Shown here piece by piece: positions 49,002 to 57,438 of a stretch of 64,000 bases of DNA (its first letter is position 1; each line of letters starts with the position of its first letter). The position numbers and the translations under genes were made by a program. The DNA is from Maribacter sp. Its GTDB lineage: Bacteria > Bacteroidota > Bacteroidia > Flavobacteriales > Flavobacteriaceae. The notes beneath the pieces were generated by a model that made no database searches, was not told where the DNA came from, and was given only the letters and a program-made list of their open reading frames with translations. Location: positions 3,807 through 67,806 of the forward strand of contig NZ_JBDVOT010000185.1 in assembly GCF_039968975.1 (NCBI RefSeq), written 5' to 3'.

Positions 49002-49755
49002 AAGTTATTCCCCGTAGGATAAATTTATAGTAGTAAACAAAACAAATTAAACATAATATTTGAATGCTGCTTATACCAAGGCAATAAAAACTGTTCGGTT
49101 TTAAAAATTCGATACAGAAACGTAAGGAGAAATAACTGACCATAAACAGTTTAAAAAAGTCTCCGTTTCTATGCTCAATTTTTGATTTTTGAAGTCTTCG
49201 TATAATAACAAATAGAATAATTAAAAACACCACTTCATACAATGCAATAGGGTGCCTAAGAAGACCATCACCTAAATCTATTCCTGTAAAAAAGGTAGTT
49301 TCTTTTCCAAAGGTAAACTCTTTAATACCTGCTAAAAAGCAACCAACCCTGCCAATGATTATACCTAAGATAATAGGTAATGTAAACAGGTCTCCAGAAG
49401 AGTGCTTCTCCCCAATAATCTTCTTAACCAATTCAACGCCCAGTAAACCTCCAAAAAGACCACCCATTATGGTTTTATTGTTCAAATTATAGAGCCAACC
49501 TTCTTGAATATGCGCTACTGGGTTCTCAAAAAATGCTACTAACCTAGACAGAAATAAAGCCCCAAAAACCGCACCTATAATTATGGAGAGTCTGTTGTTT
49601 GAAGAAATGACATCGGTGCTTTTTTTTCGCAGGAAAACATAATATCTAAAGCCAACAAAGAATGCCAAGTATTCTAGAATAAGATGCATGTTTAGTTTTA
49701 CACCGAACACAACTGGCTCAAATGGTAGCGAAACAATAAGTAGGGAGATGCTCAT
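48973..49755 (-). CDS. prolipoprotein diacylglyceryl transferase (Lgt) family paralog
   Basis: 260 aa, polytopic. The Lgt-like motifs are MGGLFGGLLGV, GRVGCFLAG, RHPIALYEVVF and FSLRFCIEFLKPN. Its 3' end overlaps the radical SAM start by 29 nt. Confidence 0.8.
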   Translation of the reverse strand: MSISLLIVSLPFEPVVFGVKLNMHLILEYLAFFVGFRYYVFLRKKSTDVISSNNRLSIIIGAVFGALFLSRLVAFFENPVAHIQEGWLYNLNNKTIMGGLFGGLLGVELVKKIIGEKHSSGDLFTLPIILGIIIGRVGCFLAGIKEFTFGKETTFFTGIDLGDGLLRHPIALYEVVFLIILFVIIRRLQKSKIEHRNGDFFKLFMVSYFSLRFCIEFLKPNSFYCLGISSIQILCLICFVYYYKFILRGITYVRKKLYVL

Positions 49756-49959
49756 AAAATTACCATCTGAAAATAATTAAAAAGATTAAGTTTTGATTGT
49801 GGAACAAAACATAATCAAGCACTAATTTACCGTATTCACACAAAGTAAAGGCTAAGAGTATTAAAATAGGTGGTAGAACATTGTCTTATACCAAAAACAA
49901 CATGAAATGCCCTTCACGTATTTTTATATAACTTTGCACCCGAAAAATAAAAGATACCA

Positions 49960-50958
49960 GTGCCAAAAATAGGAGACATACAATTACCAGAATTTCCGTT
50001 GCTTTTAGCACCGATGGAAGATGTGAGCGACCCGCCGTTTCGTGCCCTTTGTAAAGAGCAGGGAGCAGATGTGGTATACACAGAATTTATTTCATCGGAA
50101 GGATTAATTCGTGATGCCGCCAAAAGTGTCATGAAATTGGATATTTATGAAAAGGAGCGTCCGGTAGGTATTCAAATATTTGGTGCCAATTTAGATAGTA
50201 TGTTGCAATCTGTAGAGATTGTAGAAAAGTCTAAGCCCGATATTATTGATATTAATTTTGGTTGCCCTGTTAAGAAAGTAGTATCAAGAGGAGCAGGAGC
50301 TGGAATTCTAAAAGACATTGATTTAATGGTCTCTTTGACCAAGGCTATGGTAGAACATAGCAGTTTGCCTATTACCGTAAAAACAAGATTAGGTTGGGAC
50401 GATAGTAGTATTAAAATTGTTGAGGTTGCAGAACGTCTACAAGATGTAGGTTGTGCCGCAATTGCAATTCATGGTAGAACACGTGCTCAAATGTATAAGG
50501 GAAGTGCAGATTGGAATCCTATTAGAGACGTGAAGAACAACCCTAGAATGCATATACCAGTATTTGGTAACGGTGATGTAAACTCACCGGAGACTGCTAT
50601 GAAAATGCGTGATGAATACGGATTGGATGGCGCCATGATCGGTCGCGCAAGTATTGGCTACCCTTGGATTTTTAGAGAAATAAAGCACTTTTTTGAAACA
50701 GGTACACATTTAGCCCCACCGACTATGGCAGAGCGTGTAGAAGCCGCTCGTCGTCATTTACAAATGTCTATAGATTGGAAAGGTGAAATTTTAGGTGTTT
50801 TTGAAACCAGAAGACATTATACCAACTACTTTAAAGGGATTCCTAATTTTAAGGAGTATCGTATGAAAATGGTGACTAGTGATGATTCTGCATCAGTATT
50901 TGCAGCTTTTGATGAGGTGTTGCAGAAGTTTGGCGACCACGAATTTGTAAATCCGTAA
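49960..50958 (+). CDS. dusB: tRNA dihydrouridine synthase DusB
   Basis: 332 aa with a GTG start. LAPMEDVSDPPFR, INFGCP, the catalytic Cys region, and HGRTRAQMYKGSADW. Confidence 0.93.
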   Translation: MPKIGDIQLPEFPLLLAPMEDVSDPPFRALCKEQGADVVYTEFISSEGLIRDAAKSVMKLDIYEKERPVGIQIFGANLDSMLQSVEIVEKSKPDIIDINFGCPVKKVVSRGAGAGILKDIDLMVSLTKAMVEHSSLPITVKTRLGWDDSSIKIVEVAERLQDVGCAAIAIHGRTRAQMYKGSADWNPIRDVKNNPRMHIPVFGNGDVNSPETAMKMRDEYGLDGAMIGRASIGYPWIFREIKHFFETGTHLAPPTMAERVEAARRHLQMSIDWKGEILGVFETRRHYTNYFKGIPNFKEYRMKMVTSDDSASVFAAFDEVLQKFGDHEFVNP

Positions 50959-50969
50959 TCTCCATAAAA

Positions 50970-52076
50970 TTATAAGACCCTTATTATTTTTGCAGAGGTG
51001 CTAACTTCATAGCCTTTGGAATATTTTCTTTCTCCAGTTGCTTCGTTATAATTTAATATATAATCGGAATAAAGTTTACCTAACTCTTTTTGTGATTGTT
51101 TTACAATGTTAGATTTTATATCTAGTTCAGAAGCTTGGTTTAAAAAGGTATTTGCATTTTTAAAATCTTCCATCATAAGCGATAACTGTGATAGGTTCAT
51201 AAGTATACCCCATTTAATTTTAGCTATTTTTTTGTCGCTAGTATCTTCATAATTTGTCAATAAACTTTTCCAATAAATAATATGGCTGTCTATTTCTTTC
51301 TTGTTTTTTCTTGCCAGGTTAAGGGTAGATAAATTGGCTATAGAAAGTTCGGACATCTCAGTAAGTTTGTCTTTGGTTTCATCTGCTAATGCTTTGTTTT
51401 TCTTATCTTTTACAAAGTAAAAATTGGTATAAATGTCAACCATATTATTGTCATAGATATCTTGAATAGTGTTTATGATTTTCGAAAGAAAAGACTCCCC
51501 AAGCTTTTTGTCCAAGTACATTTCTACCATATACGGACTTATGTCTGGCACTGCACGCCCGCTTTCTAACATTAGATACTTTTCTTTTTCATCTTCTGAA
51601 AAGTTTATAGTGATAGGAATTTTATTTCCTTGCACATCTACTTTTGGCAATAGAGGTATTTGCCATAACTGTGTCAGTTCTTCTTTATAGTAAAAGAGTA
51701 GTTTAACACTTTTATTGTCTTTTGGAGATATATTAATACTATAGGTTTTACCTACTATAGGAGCAATAGTTCCTGTAACTTCTAAATCATCTGCAGAAAT
51801 ACCGTTAATGGCAAAAAACATATCTGGAGATTGTTCACCGGTTATTTCTTTAAAATCTTCAAGCTGAAGACCTTTTTGAAATTCATCCTTTGTAAAGTTT
51901 AACACCTCTTCAGGCCCTAGTACAACTTCTGCCCAATAAGTTTCACTTTGTTCAGGGGCTAACTGTTCTGCATAGTTTGGTATGTAAACCTTAAAACCTT
52001 TTGACTTTAATGTTTGGGCCTTTAGCTGTAGGTTGAAGACAGCTACAAATAGTAATGGAATAATTTTCTTAATCAT
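50970..52076 (-). CDS. hypothetical secreted protein (368 aa) with C-terminal TPR-like helix pair
   Basis: It has a signal peptide (LLFVAVFNLQLKAQ). I recognise no family. It looks like a distant paralog of the neighbouring 368-aa ORF. Confidence 0.6.
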   Translation of the reverse strand: MIKKIIPLLFVAVFNLQLKAQTLKSKGFKVYIPNYAEQLAPEQSETYWAEVVLGPEEVLNFTKDEFQKGLQLEDFKEITGEQSPDMFFAINGISADDLEVTGTIAPIVGKTYSINISPKDNKSVKLLFYYKEELTQLWQIPLLPKVDVQGNKIPITINFSEDEKEKYLMLESGRAVPDISPYMVEMYLDKKLGESFLSKIINTIQDIYDNNMVDIYTNFYFVKDKKNKALADETKDKLTEMSELSIANLSTLNLARKNKKEIDSHIIYWKSLLTNYEDTSDKKIAKIKWGILMNLSQLSLMMEDFKNANTFLNQASELDIKSNIVKQSQKELGKLYSDYILNYNEATGERKYSKGYEVSTSAKIIRVL

Positions 52077-52140
52077 TGGTCAGGTGTTTTAAGTATTTTA
52101 TTTTATAAAAATGAAATACTGTTTATAGATAAATTAATGG

Positions 52141-53247
52141 TTAGTTGCCTTGATATCGTTTATTATATCTATCGCTATATTCAGGTTTAACGCTGCTTTC
52201 CCCATCGAGAAACAATCTTTTTTTGCGTTCCATTCTAAATTCAGCTTTATGTTTGCCATCATTCAAATAAGAACTAAGACCCCCGCGAGAGCTATAAGAC
52301 ACGCCTAAATCATATTGAGCCATTGCTGCGTCATAATCCTCTAGAAGAGCATATAATGAGCCTAAATTTCCATGTACAAATACTTTGTAATCACCGTGTG
52401 TCTTGTAATCTTCAGAATCTAATAAGGCAGTAAGTTTTTCAATTAACCGTTGTACTTTTTCATTTCTGGTGTTTCTAGATTTAAGACCTGTATCAATTGC
52501 TTGCAAGTTTTTAATAGCTTCTGTAATTGCAATTACGTCATCTTCAGAAGTAAGTTTCTTCGTTTTCTTAAGCTTAATAAAAGCCATATTGTTTCTACCA
52601 TATGACATTTGTGCTCTTCTTGCAAAACCTTGGTAAGCATTATGTACCAATACAAGAATATCGTCGTTTGCACCGTAGGCAACATTTTTACTTTTATTTA
52701 CTGCTACTATAGCGAAATCTTTGCCTTTGAGCTTACTAACAATTTCGCCTACTTGGTCGTTAAATACTAAAGAATCTTCAGCTATAATTTTGTCATGATA
52801 TTTGGCAGTATACTTAGCTTTAAAATTGGCGAATACATTATAGATAGTATCGCTTTCACCTTTTTTATAATACAGTTCAATATCGCTACTGTTTAGATTG
52901 TAATATAGGGTATTGGTTTTATTGCTTTTTAAGTCATCATGCTTTTGAAGCACACTAAGCGGATTCGTATAATTTTTATAGTCAGGATGATAAGTAGGGC
53001 GCTTATGGTTAAAGTTGTCAATGGTAACTATTTCACCACGGTAGTCTTTCATGGTAATACTACCGGTCTTTAAATCATTGTCCATTTTATAATATTCTAC
53101 ACCAGAAGGAGCAGGGGAATACGGGAAATTAAATTCACGGAGCTTTTCGTAAAACCCACCAGCTTTCTGTGCGTTTGTGGTGAAAAGAGAAAAAATAATA
53201 GATACTATAACTAAAAGTGTTTTAGAGTGTACTTTTGAAATCTTCAT
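52141..53247 (-). CDS. hypothetical secreted protein (368 aa) with C-terminal TPR-like helix pair
   Basis: It has a signal peptide. The C-terminal HGNLGSLYALLEDYDAAMAQY resembles WGILMNLSQLSLMMEDFKNANTFL of the neighbour. Confidence 0.6.
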   Translation of the reverse strand: MKISKVHSKTLLVIVSIIFSLFTTNAQKAGGFYEKLREFNFPYSPAPSGVEYYKMDNDLKTGSITMKDYRGEIVTIDNFNHKRPTYHPDYKNYTNPLSVLQKHDDLKSNKTNTLYYNLNSSDIELYYKKGESDTIYNVFANFKAKYTAKYHDKIIAEDSLVFNDQVGEIVSKLKGKDFAIVAVNKSKNVAYGANDDILVLVHNAYQGFARRAQMSYGRNNMAFIKLKKTKKLTSEDDVIAITEAIKNLQAIDTGLKSRNTRNEKVQRLIEKLTALLDSEDYKTHGDYKVFVHGNLGSLYALLEDYDAAMAQYDLGVSYSSRGGLSSYLNDGKHKAEFRMERKKRLFLDGESSVKPEYSDRYNKRYQGN

Positions 53248-53327
53248 GCCTTTGTTAATGGTTAATTGTGCTATAAGATAACAAAAACAAATGTGAGATA
53301 TTGTATTAAGCAGATAATGAGGACCTT

Positions 53328-54533
53328 CTAAAGGTCTACCAGTTTTTTATTGATACGGCTACTTGCAATCTTAGAGGCAATAATACCTAGTACAATAATA
53401 GTTGCCAATACAATTGCAATGTTGATGAATTCAAATTTCACAGGATAAGCCAATGACGGCGTAATCTTCAGCCAGCTAAAGGCAAGTTGTGACCAAACAA
53501 TTAATACACCTATAAGCACACCTATAAATCCGCCAAAACCGGTAACAAGAATTCCTTGCACAAAATAAATTCTACGTAATTCTTTTATCGTTGTACCAAG
53601 ACTATATAGCGTTTTAGAATTTTGCTGTTTATCTAAAATCATCATGATGATAGCACCTACCACATTGAACAGGGCAATGATAAGCACTAAGGTGAAAATA
53701 AGATACGTTGCTACATTCTCGGTGTTTAACATTTTATAGAGCGTACTGTTCAATTGCTGTCTATTTTTCAATTGTACGTTATCACCTAGAATGGTTTGTA
53801 TTTCATCACGTACGACGCTAGGCTCAACACCTTCATCCATCTTAAAATTAATGCCGGAAATAGAGAGTGAATCTTTTTCTAACAAAGCCTGTGTCAACCG
53901 TAAATCGGCAAATACATATTTATTATCCAAATCAGCTTCTACAGCATATACGCCACCAATAACCATTGGTAATTGATTATAAAGCGATGAAATACTTTGC
54001 TGTGATATAGAACCCTTACCTGGCTTAAAAGCATAAATCTGCATAGGACTACGAAACTGGTTGATGGTTACCCCTAAGATATTTGCTATACCTAAACCAG
54101 AAACAACTTGAGTATCGTTAATGGTCCAATCGCCAATGTAGAGTGTACTATCAACTCCGGTTACTTTAGTGTAATTACTGTCAATGCCTTTTATATAGGC
54201 AATATGGTTTTTGCCTCGGTGCTCAAGAGATACTTTTTCTTCTATTTCTTTAGAGAAAAATGCTAGTCCGTCAACAGACTGCAAACGTTGTTCTTGTTCT
54301 GGAGTAAGGGTAAAAATCTTTCCGGTTACGGGAGAAGCCTTTAAATCTGGGTCAAAAGATTCGGTAAAGGAAAGGCTAAAAGTTTTTAATCCGGCGAAAG
54401 CCGAAAGCACAATAAAAAGTGCAGCAGAGCCAATAACTATAACTAAAAAGGTGATAAAATTAATGATGTTGACCGCGTTCTGGGTGCTTTTAGAACGTAC
54501 ATACCTTTTAGCGATATAAAGAGGAAAATTCAA
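53328..54533 (-). CDS. FtsX-like ABC transporter permease (LolC/E family)
   Basis: 401 aa. The N-terminus FPLYIAKRYVRSK is followed by a large periplasmic loop and a C-terminal three-TM FtsX domain. Confidence 0.85.
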   Translation of the reverse strand: MNFPLYIAKRYVRSKSTQNAVNIINFITFLVIVIGSAALFIVLSAFAGLKTFSLSFTESFDPDLKASPVTGKIFTLTPEQEQRLQSVDGLAFFSKEIEEKVSLEHRGKNHIAYIKGIDSNYTKVTGVDSTLYIGDWTINDTQVVSGLGIANILGVTINQFRSPMQIYAFKPGKGSISQQSISSLYNQLPMVIGGVYAVEADLDNKYVFADLRLTQALLEKDSLSISGINFKMDEGVEPSVVRDEIQTILGDNVQLKNRQQLNSTLYKMLNTENVATYLIFTLVLIIALFNVVGAIIMMILDKQQNSKTLYSLGTTIKELRRIYFVQGILVTGFGGFIGVLIGVLIVWSQLAFSWLKITPSLAYPVKFEFINIAIVLATIIVLGIIASKIASSRINKKLVDL

Positions 54534-54537
54534 CCGA

Positions 54538-54930
54538 TCAGCTCTTTTTACGTTTAGGTAACAAATCTCTGTTTTCTATAGGGTTTTCTTCTCGTTTCAA
54601 TGACTTTTCAATATTCTCAATGTAATCTAAAGAATCATCAAGGTAAAACAACAGTTCAGGTACTCTACGCAATTGGTTACGTGTACGCTGAGAAAGTTCA
54701 TGTTTAATAAGTGGTTGGTTAGACTTGATACCTTCCATCAATTCTCCCGCTTTTTCATTAGGGAAAATGCTCAAATAAATTTTTGCGATAGATAAATCTG
54801 TAGTTACGGCAACCTTAGAAACTGAGATAAGCGTATTACGTAGTCCGCCATCAATGGCAGCTTTTTGTAGAATATCTACAATATCTTTCTGAATGACCCC
54901 AGCTATTTTACGTTGTCTTTGCGTTTCCAT
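54538..54930 (-). CDS. rbfA: ribosome-binding factor A
   Basis: The ORF is open from 54945. I prefer the Met at 54930 (METQRQRKIAGVIQKDI..). ..VSKVAVTTDLSIAKIY.. is typical of RbfA. Confidence 0.9.
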   Translation of the reverse strand: METQRQRKIAGVIQKDIVDILQKAAIDGGLRNTLISVSKVAVTTDLSIAKIYLSIFPNEKAGELMEGIKSNQPLIKHELSQRTRNQLRRVPELLFYLDDSLDYIENIEKSLKREENPIENRDLLPKRKKS

Positions 54931-54994
54931 ACCGCAAAAATACATAGAAATTGTATCTTAACCCCTATATGATGTACACTGAAGCAAATAAGGC

Positions 54995-55399
54995 ATGAAA
55001 AAGATAGAACATTTAGGTATTGCGGTGAAGAACATGGAAGATTCTAATGCCCTTTTTGAGAAACTATTGGGTGTAGCGCCTTATAAACAAGAAGAAGTAG
55101 CGTCGGAAGGTGTAATGACATCTTTCTTTCAAAACGGACCTAATAAGATAGAGCTTCTAGCAGCCACAGAGCCAGACGGACCTATTGCCAAATTCTTAGA
55201 AAAAAAGGGAGAAGGCATACACCATGTAGCTTTTGAAGTAGAAGATATCGTTGCAGAAATGGAACGGTTAAAGAAAGAAGGCTTTACGCTATTAAATGAA
55301 GAACCAAAAAAAGGAGCCGATAATAAGTTAGTAGCCTTTGTTCACCCAAAGACTGCAAATGGTGTGTTGGTAGAGTTATGTCAAGAAATTAAAGAGTAA
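54995..55399 (+). CDS. mce: methylmalonyl-CoA epimerase (VOC/glyoxalase fold)
   Basis: 134 aa. IEHLGIAV...GEGIHHVAFEVEDI...VAFVHPK..NGVLVEL. Confidence 0.88.
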   Translation: MKKIEHLGIAVKNMEDSNALFEKLLGVAPYKQEEVASEGVMTSFFQNGPNKIELLAATEPDGPIAKFLEKKGEGIHHVAFEVEDIVAEMERLKKEGFTLLNEEPKKGADNKLVAFVHPKTANGVLVELCQEIKE

Positions 55400-55533
55400 G
55401 CTTTATTTTGTTTGTGACAGTTAAAAATAAGTAGTAATATTGCATCCGCAATTCGCGGGTTTTGTAATAACTGGTTTGAGCACCGGTTTAAATCTAAATA
55501 TGATTTTACAGAACAACATATAGAATTGTTACC

Positions 55534-55607
55534 GGTCCTATAGCTCAGCTGGTTAGAGCACCTGACTCATAATCAGGTGGTCCCTGGTTCGAGTCCAGGT
55601 GGGACCA
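55534..55607 (+). tRNA. tRNA with CAT anticodon: elongator type, probably tRNA-Ile2 (lysidine) rather than tRNA-Met
   Basis: Hand-folded cloverleaf: acceptor GGTCCTA/TGGGACC, D stem GCTC/GAGC, anticodon stem CCTGA/TCAGG with loop CTCATAA, variable loop TGGTC, T arm CCTGG-TTCGAGT-CCAGG, discriminator A. No CCA is encoded. G1:C72 excludes an initiator. Confidence 0.95.
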
Positions 55608-55612
55608 CATAT

Positions 55613-55656
55613 AAAACTCCTTTAAATCATTTGATTTAAAGGAGTTTTTTATTTTT
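55613..55656 (+). terminator. rho-independent terminator after the tRNA
   Basis: AAAACTCCTTTAAATCA-TT-TGATTTAAAGGAGTTTT forms a 17-bp stem, followed by TTTATTTTT. Confidence 0.85.
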
Positions 55657-55660
55657 AGGT

Positions 55661-55819
55661 ATGTCTTCACACACCTATATTCTCCATAGTACTACACTCG
55701 ATCAATTCTATATCGGTGCGTGCCATAAAGATTTAGAACAACGGATTGAAAACCATAATGATGGTACTTATGGTACAAAAAGTTTTACTTCGAATACCTG
55801 TGATTGGGTTTTGTGCTAA
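55661..55819 (+). pseudogene. truncated GIY-YIG (URI-domain) nuclease family gene remnant
   Basis: This 52-codon ORF is below the ORF-track cutoff: MSSHTYILHSTTLDQFYIGACHKDLEQRIENHNDGTYGTKSFTSNTCDWVLC*. It has the GIY (YIL) and YIG (YIG) beta-strands and the Arg helix. It stops before the conserved Glu-containing C-terminal part that full-length homologs of about 80-100 aa carry. Confidence 0.6.
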
Positions 55820-55894
55820 AAAGTTCTATTAACCTTGATACATTTTTAGCATTTCTTTATCAGACACTTATTACAAAGGATATAATATAACTAT

Positions 55895-57181
55895 TTAATC
55901 TAGTTTAATTTCCCATATGTCATTTAGGTTATTAAATGAAGCCACATTACCGGCAGATAGAAATAATTTATTTTTAAAGGTAGTTACTTTATGCAAAAAT
56001 CTAGTTGAATACGAAGAAGGGAACTGTTCCGCCATAAACCATGTATTGCCATCTGATGTATACCAAATTTCATTATCAGTATCCGTCTCCAAATTTGCTT
56101 GTCCACCAAATATCCACATTTTATTTTCATAAATTGCGGAAGCGGAAATTCGACGAGGAGTAAATGCTGCATTTTCTGTAACAACATCCCAATCAATGCC
56201 ATTTAAACTACTCCAAACACTATTCGTATTTCCTTCAGGTCCTACTCCTCCAATTACCCACATTTTGTTATTAAAAACAAGACATTCATTAAGAATACTT
56301 CCGTTTAAACTGTAGTTGTTGGTTGCTAGTTCCCATTGCACTCCATTTGAACTAAACCATATATCGTTGACAAAATTATCCCAATCAAAACCATTAATAA
56401 CCCAAATTTTATTGTCAAAAACCACGGAAGAGTGTAATCTTCTTGGTTCAAATTCTGCACTATCTGTTTCTAAAACCCAATCTAGGCCGTTTGTACTAGA
56501 CCAAACATCATTTGCTGGGATGAGTTCATCATTTTCATTTTCAGTAAGCCCTCCGATAACCCATAATTTATTATCAAAGACTACAGAAGTATGATCAGAT
56601 CTTCTTCCGAAAGGTGCATTGTCTATAACCAAACTCCAGTTAATTCCATCTGAACTTGACCATACGTCTTTATTAAAACTACCCCCAATTATCCACATTT
56701 TATCATTAAATGTGACCATTGTATGGGCGTGTCTACTAGTAAATGTTGCATTTTCTGATATTTGGGTAACAGATAACGACAATGATCTTGTTGTAAAACT
56801 TGAAGTAGATGATTCGCGAATATTCTGGTTTTCATCGATTGCTATTACTTTCCAGTAGTATCTGGTGTCAACTGTCAATTCATTTGTAATAGAAAAAGTT
56901 GTTAAATCTAAATTATCAGCAATTATAATAGATGGGTCGGGGTTGGTATCTAAAATAAATTGATAGGAAACTAAATCTCTTTCGGGGTCAGTAGCAATTT
57001 CCCAATTGAATGAAGGCAATAGATTAACGTTTTCTGCATTATCAACAACATCTATCAAAGAAAATAAATTTGGAGACATATTTTCTTCTGTGAATGAATC
57101 GTCGGTGATAATTGGACTTTCGTTTTGTGAAGAAGCGCAACCAGATATGATTATTAAAATGAGAAATCTAAATATTTTCAT
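55895..57181 (-). CDS. Kelch-like beta-propeller lipoprotein with N-terminal Fn3 domain
   Basis: 428 aa with a lipobox (IISGC) and one Fn3 module. Five or six blades repeat the pattern (M/L/I)W(V/I)IGG.....ND(V/I)W.S.DG..W. Confidence 0.75.
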   Translation of the reverse strand: MKIFRFLILIIISGCASSQNESPIITDDSFTEENMSPNLFSLIDVVDNAENVNLLPSFNWEIATDPERDLVSYQFILDTNPDPSIIIADNLDLTTFSITNELTVDTRYYWKVIAIDENQNIRESSTSSFTTRSLSLSVTQISENATFTSRHAHTMVTFNDKMWIIGGSFNKDVWSSSDGINWSLVIDNAPFGRRSDHTSVVFDNKLWVIGGLTENENDELIPANDVWSSTNGLDWVLETDSAEFEPRRLHSSVVFDNKIWVINGFDWDNFVNDIWFSSNGVQWELATNNYSLNGSILNECLVFNNKMWVIGGVGPEGNTNSVWSSLNGIDWDVVTENAAFTPRRISASAIYENKMWIFGGQANLETDTDNEIWYTSDGNTWFMAEQFPSSYSTRFLHKVTTFKNKLFLSAGNVASFNNLNDIWEIKLD

Positions 57182-57438
57182 GCTTTAGTTTACGTAAAAC
57201 TATAACATTCTTCCAATATTTGAAAAACACGTAGACTTTGTTTTTTCATTTTAAGCGTGTATTGGTTAATACTTCGAAATTAATATTTTATCCATTAAGA
57301 AATCATTTCCTCAAGAACACCCCCCTCAAATCACGAACTTAGAAATTAACATTTCTTTTAACATAATCTTTGTTTGATAGATTTACCTAGCTCTCTACTA
57401 TTTCTTAATTTCCTAGTTCAAACAAACTAATTCGAAAA

